Source: Flavobacterium sp.
Lineage (GTDB): Bacteria; Bacteroidota; Bacteroidia; Flavobacteriales; Flavobacteriaceae
Assembly (NCBI GenBank): GCA_043748275.1
Contig: JAYTNO010000198.1
Span: 16,008-80,007 of the forward strand
DNA: 64,000 nucleotides
Direction of reading: 5' to 3'
Shown: one piece after another, positions 10,711 through 21,060 of the stretch
Layout: each line of letters begins with the position of its first letter
Numbering within the stretch: the first letter of the stretch is position 1
Made by a program: the position numbers and the translations under genes
Notes under the pieces: generated by a model
The model's input: only the letters and a program-made list of their open reading frames with translations
Databases searched by the model: none
Told to the model about the DNA's origin: nothing

Positions 10711-11711
10711 TGAAAGAAGTCACTTTTTTAAACCCAGAGTTTTTTTGGCTTTTCCTTTTGCTTCCAGTAGCAATTGCTTGGTTGTTTTGGAAAAGAAACG
10801 AACAATCACCAACATTAAAAATGAGTTCGCTGAAAGGTTTTCAAGCATCAAAATCTATTTTGGCAAAACTAAAACCATTACTATATGTCATGAGATTGTT
10901 GGCATTAAGTTCTTTAATAATTGCAATGGCAAGACCAAGAACAGTAGATATTAGCAATCAAACCAAAACCACAAAAGGAATCGATATTGTTATGGCTGTT
11001 GACGTTTCTGGCAGTATGCTTGCCAAAGATTTGAGACCAAACAGAATGGAAGCGCTGAAAAAAGTAGCCGAAAAATTTGTTGAAGAAAGACCAAACGATA
11101 GAATAGGATTGGTGGTTTATGCAGCAGAAGCGTATACAAAAACACCAGTAACAAGTGATAAAGCAGTTATTCTTGACGCCATAAACAGTATTAAATATGA
11201 TAATGTTCTGCAAGACGGAACAGGAATCGGAATGGGATTAACAACTGCAGTCAACAGATTAAAAGACAGCAAAGCCAAAAGCAAAGTAATTATTTTGTTA
11301 ACAGACGGAGTAAACAATGCTGGATTTATTGAGCCAGAAACCGCATCAGATATTGCACAACAATACGGAATAAAAGTGTATACCATAGGAATTGGAACCA
11401 ACGGAATGGCCGAATTTCCCTATGCGATTGCGCCAAACGGTCAGTTTCTTTTTAGAATGATGCCTGTAGAAATTGATGTAAAATTATTGCAAAGCATAGC
11501 GCAAAAAACCGGCGGAAAATATTTTAGAGCTACAGGAAACGAAAAATTAGCTCAAATATATGCTGAAATCAACAAACTAGAAACCACCGAAATAGAAGAA
11601 TTAAAGTTCTACGATTTTGATGAAAAATTCAGACCTTTTGTGTGGATTGCTGGTTTATTATTGTTGTTAGAAATTACTTTGCGAAACACCATTTTTAGAA
11701 GTTTTATATAA
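10710..11711 (+). CDS. batA: BatA vWA-domain protein
   Basis: DVSGSM MIDAS, LLTDG, N-terminal BatA TM segment. Confidence 0.9.
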   Translation: MKEVTFLNPEFFWLFLLLPVAIAWLFWKRNEQSPTLKMSSLKGFQASKSILAKLKPLLYVMRLLALSSLIIAMARPRTVDISNQTKTTKGIDIVMAVDVSGSMLAKDLRPNRMEALKKVAEKFVEERPNDRIGLVVYAAEAYTKTPVTSDKAVILDAINSIKYDNVLQDGTGIGMGLTTAVNRLKDSKAKSKVIILLTDGVNNAGFIEPETASDIAQQYGIKVYTIGIGTNGMAEFPYAIAPNGQFLFRMMPVEIDVKLLQSIAQKTGGKYFRATGNEKLAQIYAEINKLETTEIEELKFYDFDEKFRPFVWIAGLLLLLEITLRNTIFRSFI

Positions 11712-11716
11712 AAATT

Positions 11717-12754
11717 ATGTACGAATTAGAAGAAAAAGGATATTTATATTTATTAATCATCATTCCAATATTGGCAGTGGTTTTCTTGTATCTTCAATTC
11801 TGGAAAAGAAAAAAACAAAGAGAATTTGGAGATTTAGATTTAGTAAAAAAATTAAGTCCAGAAAAATCTATTTTCAAACCCATATTGAAATTTGTTGTTT
11901 TATTATTGGCCTTGGTTGGATTAATTTTAGGGTTGGTCAATCCGAAAATTGGAACCAAAATGGAAACCGTAAAACGTGAAGGTATCGATATTGTTTTTGC
12001 CGTCGATTTATCAAAAAGTATGCTTGCAGAAGATGTAGCACCAAGCAGATTAGAAAAAAGCAAACAATTGGTTTCTCAAATCATTAATCAACTTGGGAAT
12101 GATAGAATAGGAATTGTAGCCTATGCAGGAAACGCATTTCCCGTTTTGCCCATTACAACTGATTATGCTGTTGCCAAAATGTTTCTTCAAAGTATGAATA
12201 CCAATATGGTTTCATCAGTAGGAACATCATTAGACGAAGCAATAAAATTATCATCAACCTATTTTGATAAAAACAATAAAACAAGTAAATTACTAATAAT
12301 GATTTCTGATGGAGAAGATCACTCCGAAGGTGCTTCAGATGCTGCAGAAGAAGCCAATAAATTAGGAATTAAAATTATTACAATTGGTGTAGGAACAGAA
12401 AAAGGCGGGCCAATTCCCATTAAACAAAATGGAGTTGTAGAAAGTTTCAAAAGAGACCAAAACAATGAAGTCGTTATCACCAAATTAAATCAAGAAAGTT
12501 TAGCCGAAATCGCAAAAGCTACCAAAGGTGGTTATATAAACGGAAGCAACACCAAAGAAGTTCTAGATTATATCAAGAAAGCCTTGAATAATATACAAAA
12601 AACCGAATTCGAATCAACTCAAATGGCCGATTTTCAATCACAGTTTCAATGGTTTTTGGGTATAGCTTTTGTATTGTTGTTTTTGGATATTTTCTTTTTG
12701 GAAAGAAAAACAAATTGGATTAAAAAGTTGAATTTATTTAATGAAAAAGAATAA
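11717..12754 (+). CDS. batB: BatB vWA-domain protein
   Basis: DLSKSM, ISDGED; synteny. Confidence 0.9.
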   Translation: MYELEEKGYLYLLIIIPILAVVFLYLQFWKRKKQREFGDLDLVKKLSPEKSIFKPILKFVVLLLALVGLILGLVNPKIGTKMETVKREGIDIVFAVDLSKSMLAEDVAPSRLEKSKQLVSQIINQLGNDRIGIVAYAGNAFPVLPITTDYAVAKMFLQSMNTNMVSSVGTSLDEAIKLSSTYFDKNNKTSKLLIMISDGEDHSEGASDAAEEANKLGIKIITIGVGTEKGGPIPIKQNGVVESFKRDQNNEVVITKLNQESLAEIAKATKGGYINGSNTKEVLDYIKKALNNIQKTEFESTQMADFQSQFQWFLGIAFVLLFLDIFFLERKTNWIKKLNLFNEKE

Positions 12755-13476
12755 TGAGGAATTTAATTTTTTATAGTGTTTTATTACTTTCTTTGGCAAC
12801 TTTTGCCCAAGAAAAAGACATTTATTTGCCAAAAGCAAACGATGAATTTGTTGCCAAAAAATATGCAGATGCCGAAGCAAATTATAGAATTTCTATTTCA
12901 AAATCACCATCAAAAGCAATTGCAAGTTATAATTTAGGAAATTCTATTTATAAACAAAACCAAGCAAGCGAAGCAAAATTTGCTTATTTGAAAGCTATCG
13001 AAAACACAAAAACACGACCAGAAAAGCACCAAGCATTTCATAATTTAGGAAATGTTTTTATGAAAGAAAAAAATTATACGCAAGCGGTTGAAGCCTATAA
13101 AAATGCATTAAGAAATAATCCTCAGGATGAGGAAACAAGATATAACTATGCATTAGCAAAGAAAATGCTAAAAGAAAATCCTCCTAAAGACGACAAGAAA
13201 AAAGACAAGAAAGACAAAAAGGACGACAAAAAAGATCAAGATAAGAAAGATCAAGATAAAAAGGATCAGGATAAAAAGGACGATAAAAAAGAAGGCGACA
13301 AGGACAAAAAAGAGGATAAACCAGAAGAAAAACCTCAACCAAAACCAGGCGGAATTTCTAAAGAACGTTTGCAAAACCTAATGGATGCCGTTAATAATGA
13401 AGAAAAGAAAGTACAAGACAAAGTAAATGCTAAAAAAATTAAAGGAAAACCAGTTCAGACAGAAAAAGACTGGTAA
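12754..13476 (+). CDS. batC: BatC TPR protein with K/D-rich linker
   Basis: TPR motifs (YNLGN, HNLGN), terminal EKDW. Confidence 0.9.
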   Translation: MRNLIFYSVLLLSLATFAQEKDIYLPKANDEFVAKKYADAEANYRISISKSPSKAIASYNLGNSIYKQNQASEAKFAYLKAIENTKTRPEKHQAFHNLGNVFMKEKNYTQAVEAYKNALRNNPQDEETRYNYALAKKMLKENPPKDDKKKDKKDKKDDKKDQDKKDQDKKDQDKKDDKKEGDKDKKEDKPEEKPQPKPGGISKERLQNLMDAVNNEEKKVQDKVNAKKIKGKPVQTEKDW

Positions 13477-13511
13477 TCAATAATTTAATTTGTCAATTTG
13501 ATAATTTTAAA

Positions 13512-15269
13512 ATGAAAAAATATATAATACTGTTTTTATTATCGATACATGGACTTTATGCTCAAGTTCAATTTGAAGCAAAAGTCAGTAAAAACACGCT
13601 TGGCTTAAACGAAAGATTACGTATCGATTTTATGATGAATGATGATGGAGATAATTTTTCACCACCATCTTTCGAAGGTTTCAGAATTGTTGGTGGACCA
13701 AGTCAGCAAGTAAGTCAATCTTGGATAAATGGTAGGAGTTCTTTCAATAAATCCTATTCCTATTTTTTATTACCAACTCAAAAAGGAGTACTAACAATCA
13801 AACAAGCATCGGTAGAAATTAACGGACAGATTTACAAAACCAATCCAATAAAAATCACCGTTACCAATGCTGTAGAGCAACCTCGAGATCCAAATGATCA
13901 ACCTCAAGTTTCTGCCAACGATGCCATTCATTTGGTAGCAGAAATTTCTAAAGGAAATCCGTATGTAAACGAACCTATTACAGTAGTTTACAAACTCTAT
14001 TTTAGTTACAATATCGGAATTACAAACTGGCGAGAACTCAACAAACCTAAGTATAATGATTTCTGGAGTCAGAATATAGACATCAAACAATTGGTAGCCG
14101 AAGAAGGAAATTATAATGGTGAAAAATACCGATATGTAGTTTTGAGAAAAACAGTACTTTATCCTCAAAAATCAGGAAAATTAGAAATCGAACCACTTTC
14201 TTTAGATATTGATTGCCAAGTTCCAACCAATAGAAGAAATATTTTCGGACAAGTGCAAGTGGTAGAGGATAACAAAAGAGTATCTGCAGGAAGCAAAACA
14301 ATAACGGTAAAACCGTTACCGGAAGCAGGTAAACCAGTAGACTTTAGTGGCGCTGTTGGACGTTTTAATTTTTCAGTAACTCCATCAAAAACCAATCTTA
14401 AAAATGGAGAATCATTAGATTTAAAAGTAGTTGCATCTGGAACTGGAAATCTAAAATTGTTCACATTACCAAAACCAGTGGTTCCAAGTTCACTAGAAAT
14501 GTATGATCCTGTACATAATGAAAATGTGCAAACACCACTTTCTGGTATGAACGGAAGTATCTCAGATTCCTACACGATTATTCCTCAATTTAAGGGGAAA
14601 TATCCAATCAAACCAATGGCATTTACCTATTTTGATTTGGGTTCTTCAAGCTATAAAACCATCACGTCGCCAGAAATTATGATTAATGTTCTTGATGGAC
14701 CAACTTCTGAAAACAATGCTGTTGCAAATGCAAATCCTGGCGTTTCAAAAATGAAAGTTTCTGCAGGAGAGCAATTTCAATTTATTCAATTAAAAACCAA
14801 ATTGACCAATACCCATAAAAAAGATTTTTTAGGATCAACATTGTTCTATACACTTATGTTTGTGCCGTTTTTAATTATTCCTATTGTGGTTTTGTTTAGA
14901 AAGAAAAAAGAAGCTTTAGATGGGGATATTGTTGGAAATAAAATCAAACAATCAAACAAATTGGCCAAAAAATATTTGTCTGAAGCCAAAACACAAATCA
15001 ATAACAAAGAGTTGTTTTATATTTCTCTCGAAAAGGCAATGCATAATTTCTTGAAAGCAAAATTAAACATTGAAACATCAGAAATGAGCAAAGACAAAAT
15101 CAAAGAAATATTATTGACTAGAAACGCCAATTCTGAAACTGTTCAATCATTTATTGCTTTAACCGAAAACTGCGAAATGGCAAGATATGCTCCATCATCG
15201 AGTGTAGCAATTCAACAAGATTATGACAAAGCAGTAGGAATCATATCAGATTTAGAAAAACAGATATAA
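13512..15269 (+). CDS. batD: BatD
   Basis: Signal peptide, FSGAVG motif, C-terminal TM; synteny. Confidence 0.9.
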   Translation: MKKYIILFLLSIHGLYAQVQFEAKVSKNTLGLNERLRIDFMMNDDGDNFSPPSFEGFRIVGGPSQQVSQSWINGRSSFNKSYSYFLLPTQKGVLTIKQASVEINGQIYKTNPIKITVTNAVEQPRDPNDQPQVSANDAIHLVAEISKGNPYVNEPITVVYKLYFSYNIGITNWRELNKPKYNDFWSQNIDIKQLVAEEGNYNGEKYRYVVLRKTVLYPQKSGKLEIEPLSLDIDCQVPTNRRNIFGQVQVVEDNKRVSAGSKTITVKPLPEAGKPVDFSGAVGRFNFSVTPSKTNLKNGESLDLKVVASGTGNLKLFTLPKPVVPSSLEMYDPVHNENVQTPLSGMNGSISDSYTIIPQFKGKYPIKPMAFTYFDLGSSSYKTITSPEIMINVLDGPTSENNAVANANPGVSKMKVSAGEQFQFIQLKTKLTNTHKKDFLGSTLFYTLMFVPFLIIPIVVLFRKKKEALDGDIVGNKIKQSNKLAKKYLSEAKTQINNKELFYISLEKAMHNFLKAKLNIETSEMSKDKIKEILLTRNANSETVQSFIALTENCEMARYAPSSSVAIQQDYDKAVGIISDLEKQI

Positions 15270-15310
15270 CAATTGATAATGTAAAATTGACAATTGATAA
15301 TAACAAAAAA

Positions 15311-16054
15311 ATGAAAAAAATAGTCTTCATAATTTTATTAATTTCACAAATAATTTTTGCTCAAAGTAGCTTCGAAAAAGGCAATACTTTGTATCAAAGC
15401 GGTAATTATGAATCTGCAATTACGGCATACGAAAGTGTTATAAGTGCTAAGAAACAATCTCCTGAGTTGTATTTTAATTTAGGAAATTGTTATTACAAAT
15501 TAAACAAAGTTGCACCGGCAATTTATAATTATGAAAAAGCTTTGGTTTTAGATCCTAATAATAAAGAAGTTCTTAATAATTTAAAATTTGCTCATAAACT
15601 TCAAATCGATGAGATAAAAGAAGTTCCAAAAGTTGGGTTTGCCAAATTACTTCGCGATTTTACTGCAAATTTTCATTATGATAGTTGGGCTTGGATTTCG
15701 GTTGGACTAGCGTTTTTGTTTTTAATGTTTTTCTTGGGATATTATTTTTCGCAATTTACGCTCTATAAAAGAATTTTCTTTATCGGAATGTTTGTTCTCG
15801 TTTTCTTGATTCTGATAAGTGTTTTGTCAGCCATTTTTGAAAAAAATCATTATCAAAACGAACGACCAGCAATTGTTTTCGCAGAAGTTGTATCGGTAAA
15901 AAACGAGCCTAAAACTTCGGGTTCAGAAGTACTTATACTTCACGAAGGAACAAAAGTTTTTGTTTTGGAAACATTAGATAATTGGAAAAAAATTCAACTT
16001 ACCGATGGTACAGAAGGTTGGATTGAGAATACTGCAATCAAAGAAGTAAAATAA
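15311..16054 (+). CDS. batE: BatE (TPR + SH3)
   Basis: TPRs, two TMs, LHEGTKV...GWI SH3. Confidence 0.9.
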   Translation: MKKIVFIILLISQIIFAQSSFEKGNTLYQSGNYESAITAYESVISAKKQSPELYFNLGNCYYKLNKVAPAIYNYEKALVLDPNNKEVLNNLKFAHKLQIDEIKEVPKVGFAKLLRDFTANFHYDSWAWISVGLAFLFLMFFLGYYFSQFTLYKRIFFIGMFVLVFLILISVLSAIFEKNHYQNERPAIVFAEVVSVKNEPKTSGSEVLILHEGTKVFVLETLDNWKKIQLTDGTEGWIENTAIKEVK

Positions 16055-16567
16055 TTATTTTGTTTCAGATTTTGGTTGTACTTTTTCTCTCAAATCTACA
16101 AACCAATTTTTCAAAACAGGTAATAAAACGTCAGAAGTTTTCAAAAGCGGATTAAAAAACAATGATTTTTCTTGAGTTTCTTTAGAAACAATAGTATTGT
16201 TGAGGTTTACTTTTTGAAACAAACTCAATACAATTCCAAGTAATAATGCGGTTTTAAGAGTGGCAAATACAGCTCCGCCAAGTTTATTAAGCCAACCTAA
16301 GAATACAAAACTTGCAATTCCCGAAAAAACTTTTGCCAATAAGTGAATCGCTATTACGACTAGAACAAGAGTAATTACAAATGCAGTTACTTTTGCTGAT
16401 TTGCTTTCGCCAATAAAAGTGCCAACAACATACGAAAACTTCACTGCAATATAAATTCCTATAAAAAAGGAAACAAGTGAAGCTAATTCTACAAAAAGAC
16501 CGTTTCTCAAGCCGCGGATTAATCCAAAAACCAACAATGCTGCTATAATTATATCAATAAAACCCAT
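16055..16567 (-). CDS. cvpA: CvpA-family membrane protein
   Basis: IDIII...RGLRNGLFVE; LNKLGGAVF. Confidence 0.85.
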   Translation of the reverse strand: MGFIDIIIAALLVFGLIRGLRNGLFVELASLVSFFIGIYIAVKFSYVVGTFIGESKSAKVTAFVITLVLVVIAIHLLAKVFSGIASFVFLGWLNKLGGAVFATLKTALLLGIVLSLFQKVNLNNTIVSKETQEKSLFFNPLLKTSDVLLPVLKNWFVDLREKVQPKSETK

Positions 16568-16726
16568 AAAATTTAATTAAAAATAAAAAGGCAAATATAA
16601 TAGAAAAGAATAAAGAACATAGAAAAGTGACAGAAGAGTCCAAATGTAATATATTTGCAAAATTATAATTCATAAAGCAGAAAAGTCTATTTTCTATACT
16701 CTTTTCTCTTATTTCTAAAAAAACAA

Positions 16727-17083
16727 ATGTCAAGAGACACACAACTTAAAGAACGCTGGGAACAGCTTGTCAATATACTTTCTAATCAGTTTTCGCAAGG
16801 CGAAGATTTAGATCTTGACGCCATTATTTATTTAATAGGTGTTCAAGAACTAGGAAAAGTGCACCAAAAATATAAAAAAGACGAAAAACTCAATCTGATG
16901 CACATAGCCATTTGCAGATTGCTAGAACCTTACGGGTTTTATGAATTTGAGTATTTTGATGAAGATGGTTGGCCACATTTTATTGTAAAAGAAGAATTAC
17001 CACCACTAAAGGCTGGAGAACAATCAGTTTTAATGAAAGAAGCCATTGTCAATTATTTTCTTGAAAAAGAACTTATAAAATAA
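16727..17083 (+). CDS. Conserved Bacteroidetes hypothetical protein
   Basis: 118-aa ORF, LIGVQELG...DEDGWPH. Confidence 0.75.
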   Translation: MSRDTQLKERWEQLVNILSNQFSQGEDLDLDAIIYLIGVQELGKVHQKYKKDEKLNLMHIAICRLLEPYGFYEFEYFDEDGWPHFIVKEELPPLKAGEQSVLMKEAIVNYFLEKELIK

Positions 17084-17125
17084 AATACAAAAAGCTAAAT
17101 TTGCACTCTCAATTACGCATCGAAT

Positions 17126-18145
17126 ATGATAGATAAGATAAAAGAATATATTGGCGAAGCTCAAGCATTCAACACACAAAACCCTGCTGAACTAGAAAAT
17201 TTCAGAATTAAATTCCTAGGAAGCAAAGGGTTGTTGAAAGACTTTTTTGCAGAATTTAAAAATGTTCCAAACGATCAGAAAAAAGAATTCGGGCAAGTAA
17301 TTAATTTATTAAAAACAACTGCCGAAGACAAAGTAAAAAACATTCAAGAATTACTTGATAGTAAAGAAGAAATAAAAGGTTTTTATGGCGATTTAACATG
17401 TCCGAGTGAGCCAATTTCTATTGGTTCTCGTCATCCGATATCTTTGGTTAAAAATCAAATTATTGATATTTTTTCAAATATTGGCTTCAATGTTTCTGAA
17501 GGTCCAGAAATTGAAGACGATTGGCATAATTTTACCGCATTAAATCTACCAGAATATCATCCGGCAAGAGATATGCAAGACACCTTTTTTATTCAGACCA
17601 ATCCAGATATTTTGTTGCGTACGCATACTTCATCCGTGCAAGTGCGTTATATGGAAAACAACAAACCACCAATCAGAACCATTTCTCCAGGAAGAGTTTT
17701 TCGTAACGAAGCCGTTTCATCGCGTTCGCATTGTATTTTCCATCAAGTGGAAGGGTTGTATATTGACAAAGATGTTTCGTTTGCCGATTTGAAACAAACG
17801 CTTTTGTATTTCACCAAAGAAATGTTCGGAAAATCGAAAATTCGTCTGCGACCAAGTTATTTTCCGTTTACAGAACCAAGCGCTGAGGTTGATATTTATT
17901 GGGGTTTAAAAACCGAAACCGATTACCGAATTACCAAAGGAACAGGTTGGTTAGAAATTATGGGTTGCGGAATGGTTGATCCTAATGTGTTAAAAAATTG
18001 CGGCATCAATCCAGATGAATATAATGGTTTTGCTTTTGGAATGGGAATTGAGCGTATTGCAATGTTGTTGTATCAAATAGGAGATATTAGAATGTTTTAT
18101 GAAAACGATGTGCGTTTCTTAGAACAATTTAAAGCAAGTATATAA
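17126..18145 (+). CDS. pheS: Phenylalanine-tRNA ligase alpha subunit
   Basis: [36 protein letters not shown]. Confidence 0.98.
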   Translation: MIDKIKEYIGEAQAFNTQNPAELENFRIKFLGSKGLLKDFFAEFKNVPNDQKKEFGQVINLLKTTAEDKVKNIQELLDSKEEIKGFYGDLTCPSEPISIGSRHPISLVKNQIIDIFSNIGFNVSEGPEIEDDWHNFTALNLPEYHPARDMQDTFFIQTNPDILLRTHTSSVQVRYMENNKPPIRTISPGRVFRNEAVSSRSHCIFHQVEGLYIDKDVSFADLKQTLLYFTKEMFGKSKIRLRPSYFPFTEPSAEVDIYWGLKTETDYRITKGTGWLEIMGCGMVDPNVLKNCGINPDEYNGFAFGMGIERIAMLLYQIGDIRMFYENDVRFLEQFKASI

Positions 18146-18154
18146 AAATTATAC

Positions 18155-18185
18155 TACCTGACAGGTTTTTAAAACCTGTCAGGTA
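18155..18185. repeat. Intergenic palindrome (REP-like)
   Basis: TACCTGACAGGTTTT-T-AAAACCTGTCAGGTA. Confidence 0.7.
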
Positions 18186-18194
18186 TACTTAACA

Positions 18195-18602
18195 ATGAAG
18201 AAAGATATCATAATCCCCGAAGTTGAAAATGTTTTCCTAGCAGCAGTCCAAGAATGGAGTGATGACTTTATGGAAAAAGTTTGGTATGTTTATCTTGTAA
18301 ACGATAGCGATTTTCAATTAGATAGCGTTATGGTTGTCTCGAAAGCATTCGGAACCATTGATGGCGAAATGAAAAAAACATCGCTTTTGCGACATGCTTT
18401 TGTAGAAATTCCTGCTGTTTCTGTAGTAAAAGTAGAAATGATAGAAAAAAGTGTGCTCGTTTTGAATAATGAATTTATGGTTACCTTCTTTATTGGAAAT
18501 ACCTTATACGACAAGAAATTTATTTTTAGAGCCAACACAATCACTCCAGATTATGTCGAAGAAGTACCCATTTTGTTTGTTGATGGGGTTATTGTGAGGT
18601 AA
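18195..18602 (+). CDS. Conserved hypothetical protein
   Basis: 135-aa ORF downstream of pheS. Confidence 0.75.
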   Translation: MKKDIIIPEVENVFLAAVQEWSDDFMEKVWYVYLVNDSDFQLDSVMVVSKAFGTIDGEMKKTSLLRHAFVEIPAVSVVKVEMIEKSVLVLNNEFMVTFFIGNTLYDKKFIFRANTITPDYVEEVPILFVDGVIVR

Positions 18603-18664
18603 TTGTAATTTGAATTTGTCATTTCGACGAAGGAGAAATCTCATAATGAGAGCAAAATAATGAG

Positions 18665-19485
18665 TTATGGGCTATTTTTGAGAAACAGAAAACAGAAATA
18701 AAATCAACAATAAAAGAAAATGAGAAATACAATTATTACATTATTATTAGTTTTGAGTAGTAACACTTTCGGACAAACAAAATATCAAAAAGGAATTTAT
18801 TTAAGTTTTGAAGATATAATTCAAAATAAACCAAGTGCAAATTATAATGTTGAATTAGAAAAAAGAACCGAAGGTGAAATTAAAATGAATGGTGGTAATG
18901 ACTATCAATTAAATCCTTTAGATAAATCAACTAACAGAGGTGAATTAAAAAAAGTAGTTGATGCGTATTCCGACGGAGAAAATTTATATTTAAATTGTAC
19001 TAAACTAGAAATTAGTAAATGGTACGCTAAAGTAATAAGTGATAAAAAATATTTTGTTTTTAGTGGTTCATTCCCAAATAAATATAAAGATTATGGATTA
19101 GATCTTGATAATTTGGCATTTATGTTTGGTGGATTTGGTGGAGGTCTAAGCGCAATGAAATTAGCTATGTTGAGATTTCCTTATATTATGGAAAAGTCAT
19201 CTAAAAAGATAACTTTAGTTTCTGAAAAAAACATAACTGAAGTTTTAGCAAATGACAAAGAACTTTTAGAAAAGTACAACCAAGATTCAGAAAAAAATAA
19301 AATGGAAACAATTCTAAAATATCTTGCAGAGTGGAATGAAAAGCAATAAAAAAACAGCCCATATCAGCTATTACAGGGGATTTGGGCAATAGGCTTAATG
19401 GAAAGTTGGTTTTGTATTTGTGATGATTTGGCAAATCCGAAAATAGGGTTTAATTTAGTCCCAAACCCGCTATAGTACCAGAAAG
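18665..19485 (+). mobile_element. Integron-like gene cassette with attC-like hairpin
   Basis: Core GTTATGGGCT 18664-18673, inverse core AGCCCATATC 19356-19365, stem 19367-19386/19460-19479; its removal restores the REP stem. Confidence 0.7.
18720..19349 (+). CDS. Exported hypothetical protein (cassette cargo)
   Basis: Signal peptide; KGIYLSFEDI motif; Gly-rich segment. Confidence 0.8.
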   Translation: MRNTIITLLLVLSSNTFGQTKYQKGIYLSFEDIIQNKPSANYNVELEKRTEGEIKMNGGNDYQLNPLDKSTNRGELKKVVDAYSDGENLYLNCTKLEISKWYAKVISDKKYFVFSGSFPNKYKDYGLDLDNLAFMFGGFGGGLSAMKLAMLRFPYIMEKSSKKITLVSEKNITEVLANDKELLEKYNQDSEKNKMETILKYLAEWNEKQ

Positions 19486-19518
19486 ATTTCTCCCGCGTCG
19501 AAATGACGGAAATAATTC

Positions 19519-20514
19519 TTAATCCAACTTTTCAGTTAGTTTTTTAAATACTTTTTTTGCATCTTTCCCTTCATACAAAATAGCATAAACGGCATCAATA
19601 ATAGGTGTTTTTGCTTTGTAGTTCTGGTTGAGTTGCCAAGCACTTTTGGTAGCATAATATCCTTCGGCAACCATACTCATTTCCATCATTGCAGATTGTA
19701 CGGTATAACCTTTACCAATCATATTGCCAAACATTCTATTTCTAGAAAACACAGAATATCCTGTTACTAATAAATCTCCTAAATAAGCAGAGTTATTAAT
19801 GTTTCTTTTCATTTTGTGCACTTTACGAATAAATTTCTTAATCTCACGAATGCCGTTACTCATCAAAACCGATTGAAAATTATCACCATAGCCAATACCG
19901 TGAGCAATTCCTGCAGCAATAGCATATATGTTTTTGAGCATTGCCGCATATTCGGTACCAATAATATCATCCGATATTTTTGCTTTGATGTAGTTTCCAG
20001 ACAAACATTTGGCAACTATTTTTGCTTTATTAGCATCGCCACAAGCAATAGTTAAATAAGATAATCGTTCGAGAGCAACTTCTTCTGCGTGACAAGGACC
20101 AGTAATTACTCCAATATTTTCAAAAGGGATGTCATAGACTTTATTAAAATGTTCACCAACAATTAAGCTTGTTTCTGGAACAATACCTTTTATGGCGGAG
20201 AAAATTACTTTGTCTTTTAAACTTTCTGTAAGTTTTAAAAGTTCACCACCCAAAAAAGCAGAAGGAATAGCAAAAATGATATAATCAGCATATGCAACCG
20301 CTTCGTTAATATCGCTTGTAAGTTTCAGTTTTTGAATATTAAATTCTACAGAACTCAAATAATTTGGATTGTGATGATGTGTTTTGATATGAGCAATTGC
20401 CTCTTCATTACGCATATACCAAGCAATTTCAGGAAGATTTACGCATAACATTTTTGCAATAGCAGTTGCCCAACTTCCACCACCGATTACTGCAAATTTT
20501 GGATATTCGATCAT
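19519..20514 (-). CDS. gpsA: NAD(P)H-dependent glycerol-3-phosphate dehydrogenase
   Basis: GGGSWATA, AIKG, LKNIYAIAAG, GDLLVT, SRNR. Confidence 0.95.
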   Translation of the reverse strand: MIEYPKFAVIGGGSWATAIAKMLCVNLPEIAWYMRNEEAIAHIKTHHHNPNYLSSVEFNIQKLKLTSDINEAVAYADYIIFAIPSAFLGGELLKLTESLKDKVIFSAIKGIVPETSLIVGEHFNKVYDIPFENIGVITGPCHAEEVALERLSYLTIACGDANKAKIVAKCLSGNYIKAKISDDIIGTEYAAMLKNIYAIAAGIAHGIGYGDNFQSVLMSNGIREIKKFIRKVHKMKRNINNSAYLGDLLVTGYSVFSRNRMFGNMIGKGYTVQSAMMEMSMVAEGYYATKSAWQLNQNYKAKTPIIDAVYAILYEGKDAKKVFKKLTEKLD

Positions 20515-20532
20515 TTTTTATTATTCTTTATT

Positions 20533-20540
20533 CAAATGTA
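20533..20540 (-). promoter_or_regulatory. Bacteroidetes -7 promoter box for gpsA
   Basis: TACATTTG on the minus strand matches TAnnTTTG. Confidence 0.6.
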
Positions 20541-20668
20541 CTCAAAAAGGAATTAATTATAAAAACTATTCTAACTTCATAAAACTATAATCGAAAAATC
20601 AAAATGTACATAAATCCAATTTGAAATGTACATTTTTTTACAAATATACATCAAAATTTAAACCTCAT

Positions 20669-20875
20669 TTAAACATTAGTTAAATGAGGTTTTTTTATCA
20701 AAAAAGTGAAAGATTTTACGGTGTGCGATAACAAACCGCTTCCACCAAATAAATCTACATAAGTAGCAGTAGGCGAATATCCTAGTAATGCAGGTTTAAA
20801 CTGCTTGAGAAACTTTCTCTTTTGTCCCATAAACGGCAACGGTGCCGTTGTAAAAATTTTTTTTTTTAATTCCAT
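20669..20875 (-). pseudogene. Truncated DNA adenine methyltransferase (Dam/D12-like)
   Basis: APLPFMGQKR and VDLFGGSGLLS (motif I) only; 68 aa with no catalytic DPPY. Confidence 0.75.
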
Positions 20876-20914
20876 TCTTTTTTTTGATTGATGATTGATG
20901 ATTCTTTACCTTTG

Positions 20915-21043
20915 CCCTTCTCAGGATAATTAATTAAAACAGCAAAGCCACGAGCAAGAAGACATATGTCCTCCAACGCTCGTGGCTTTGGCTATAAATT
21001 AAATTACCCTGAGAAGGTATTAATTTGTTGGAGGACTTTTTTT
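20915..21043 (+). ncRNA. Candidate structured small RNA
   Basis: TTTG-N20-TACCTTTG promoter, nested 10- and 13-bp perfect stems, 10-bp loop-tail pairing, T-tract. Confidence 0.55.
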
Positions 21044-21060
21044 ATTCCACCTCCTAGAAA

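Larger units (their letters stand above)
18618..19507. repeat. REP-like palindrome split by an insertion
   Basis: Left arm GTCATTTCGACGAAGGAGAAATCT (18618-18641) and right arm AGATTTCTCCCGCGTCGAAATGAC (19484-19507), 22/24 complementary. Confidence 0.85.

Noticed and set aside
13186-13320. Repetitive K/D-rich DNA in batC
   Set aside because: Ordinary low-complexity BatC linker.
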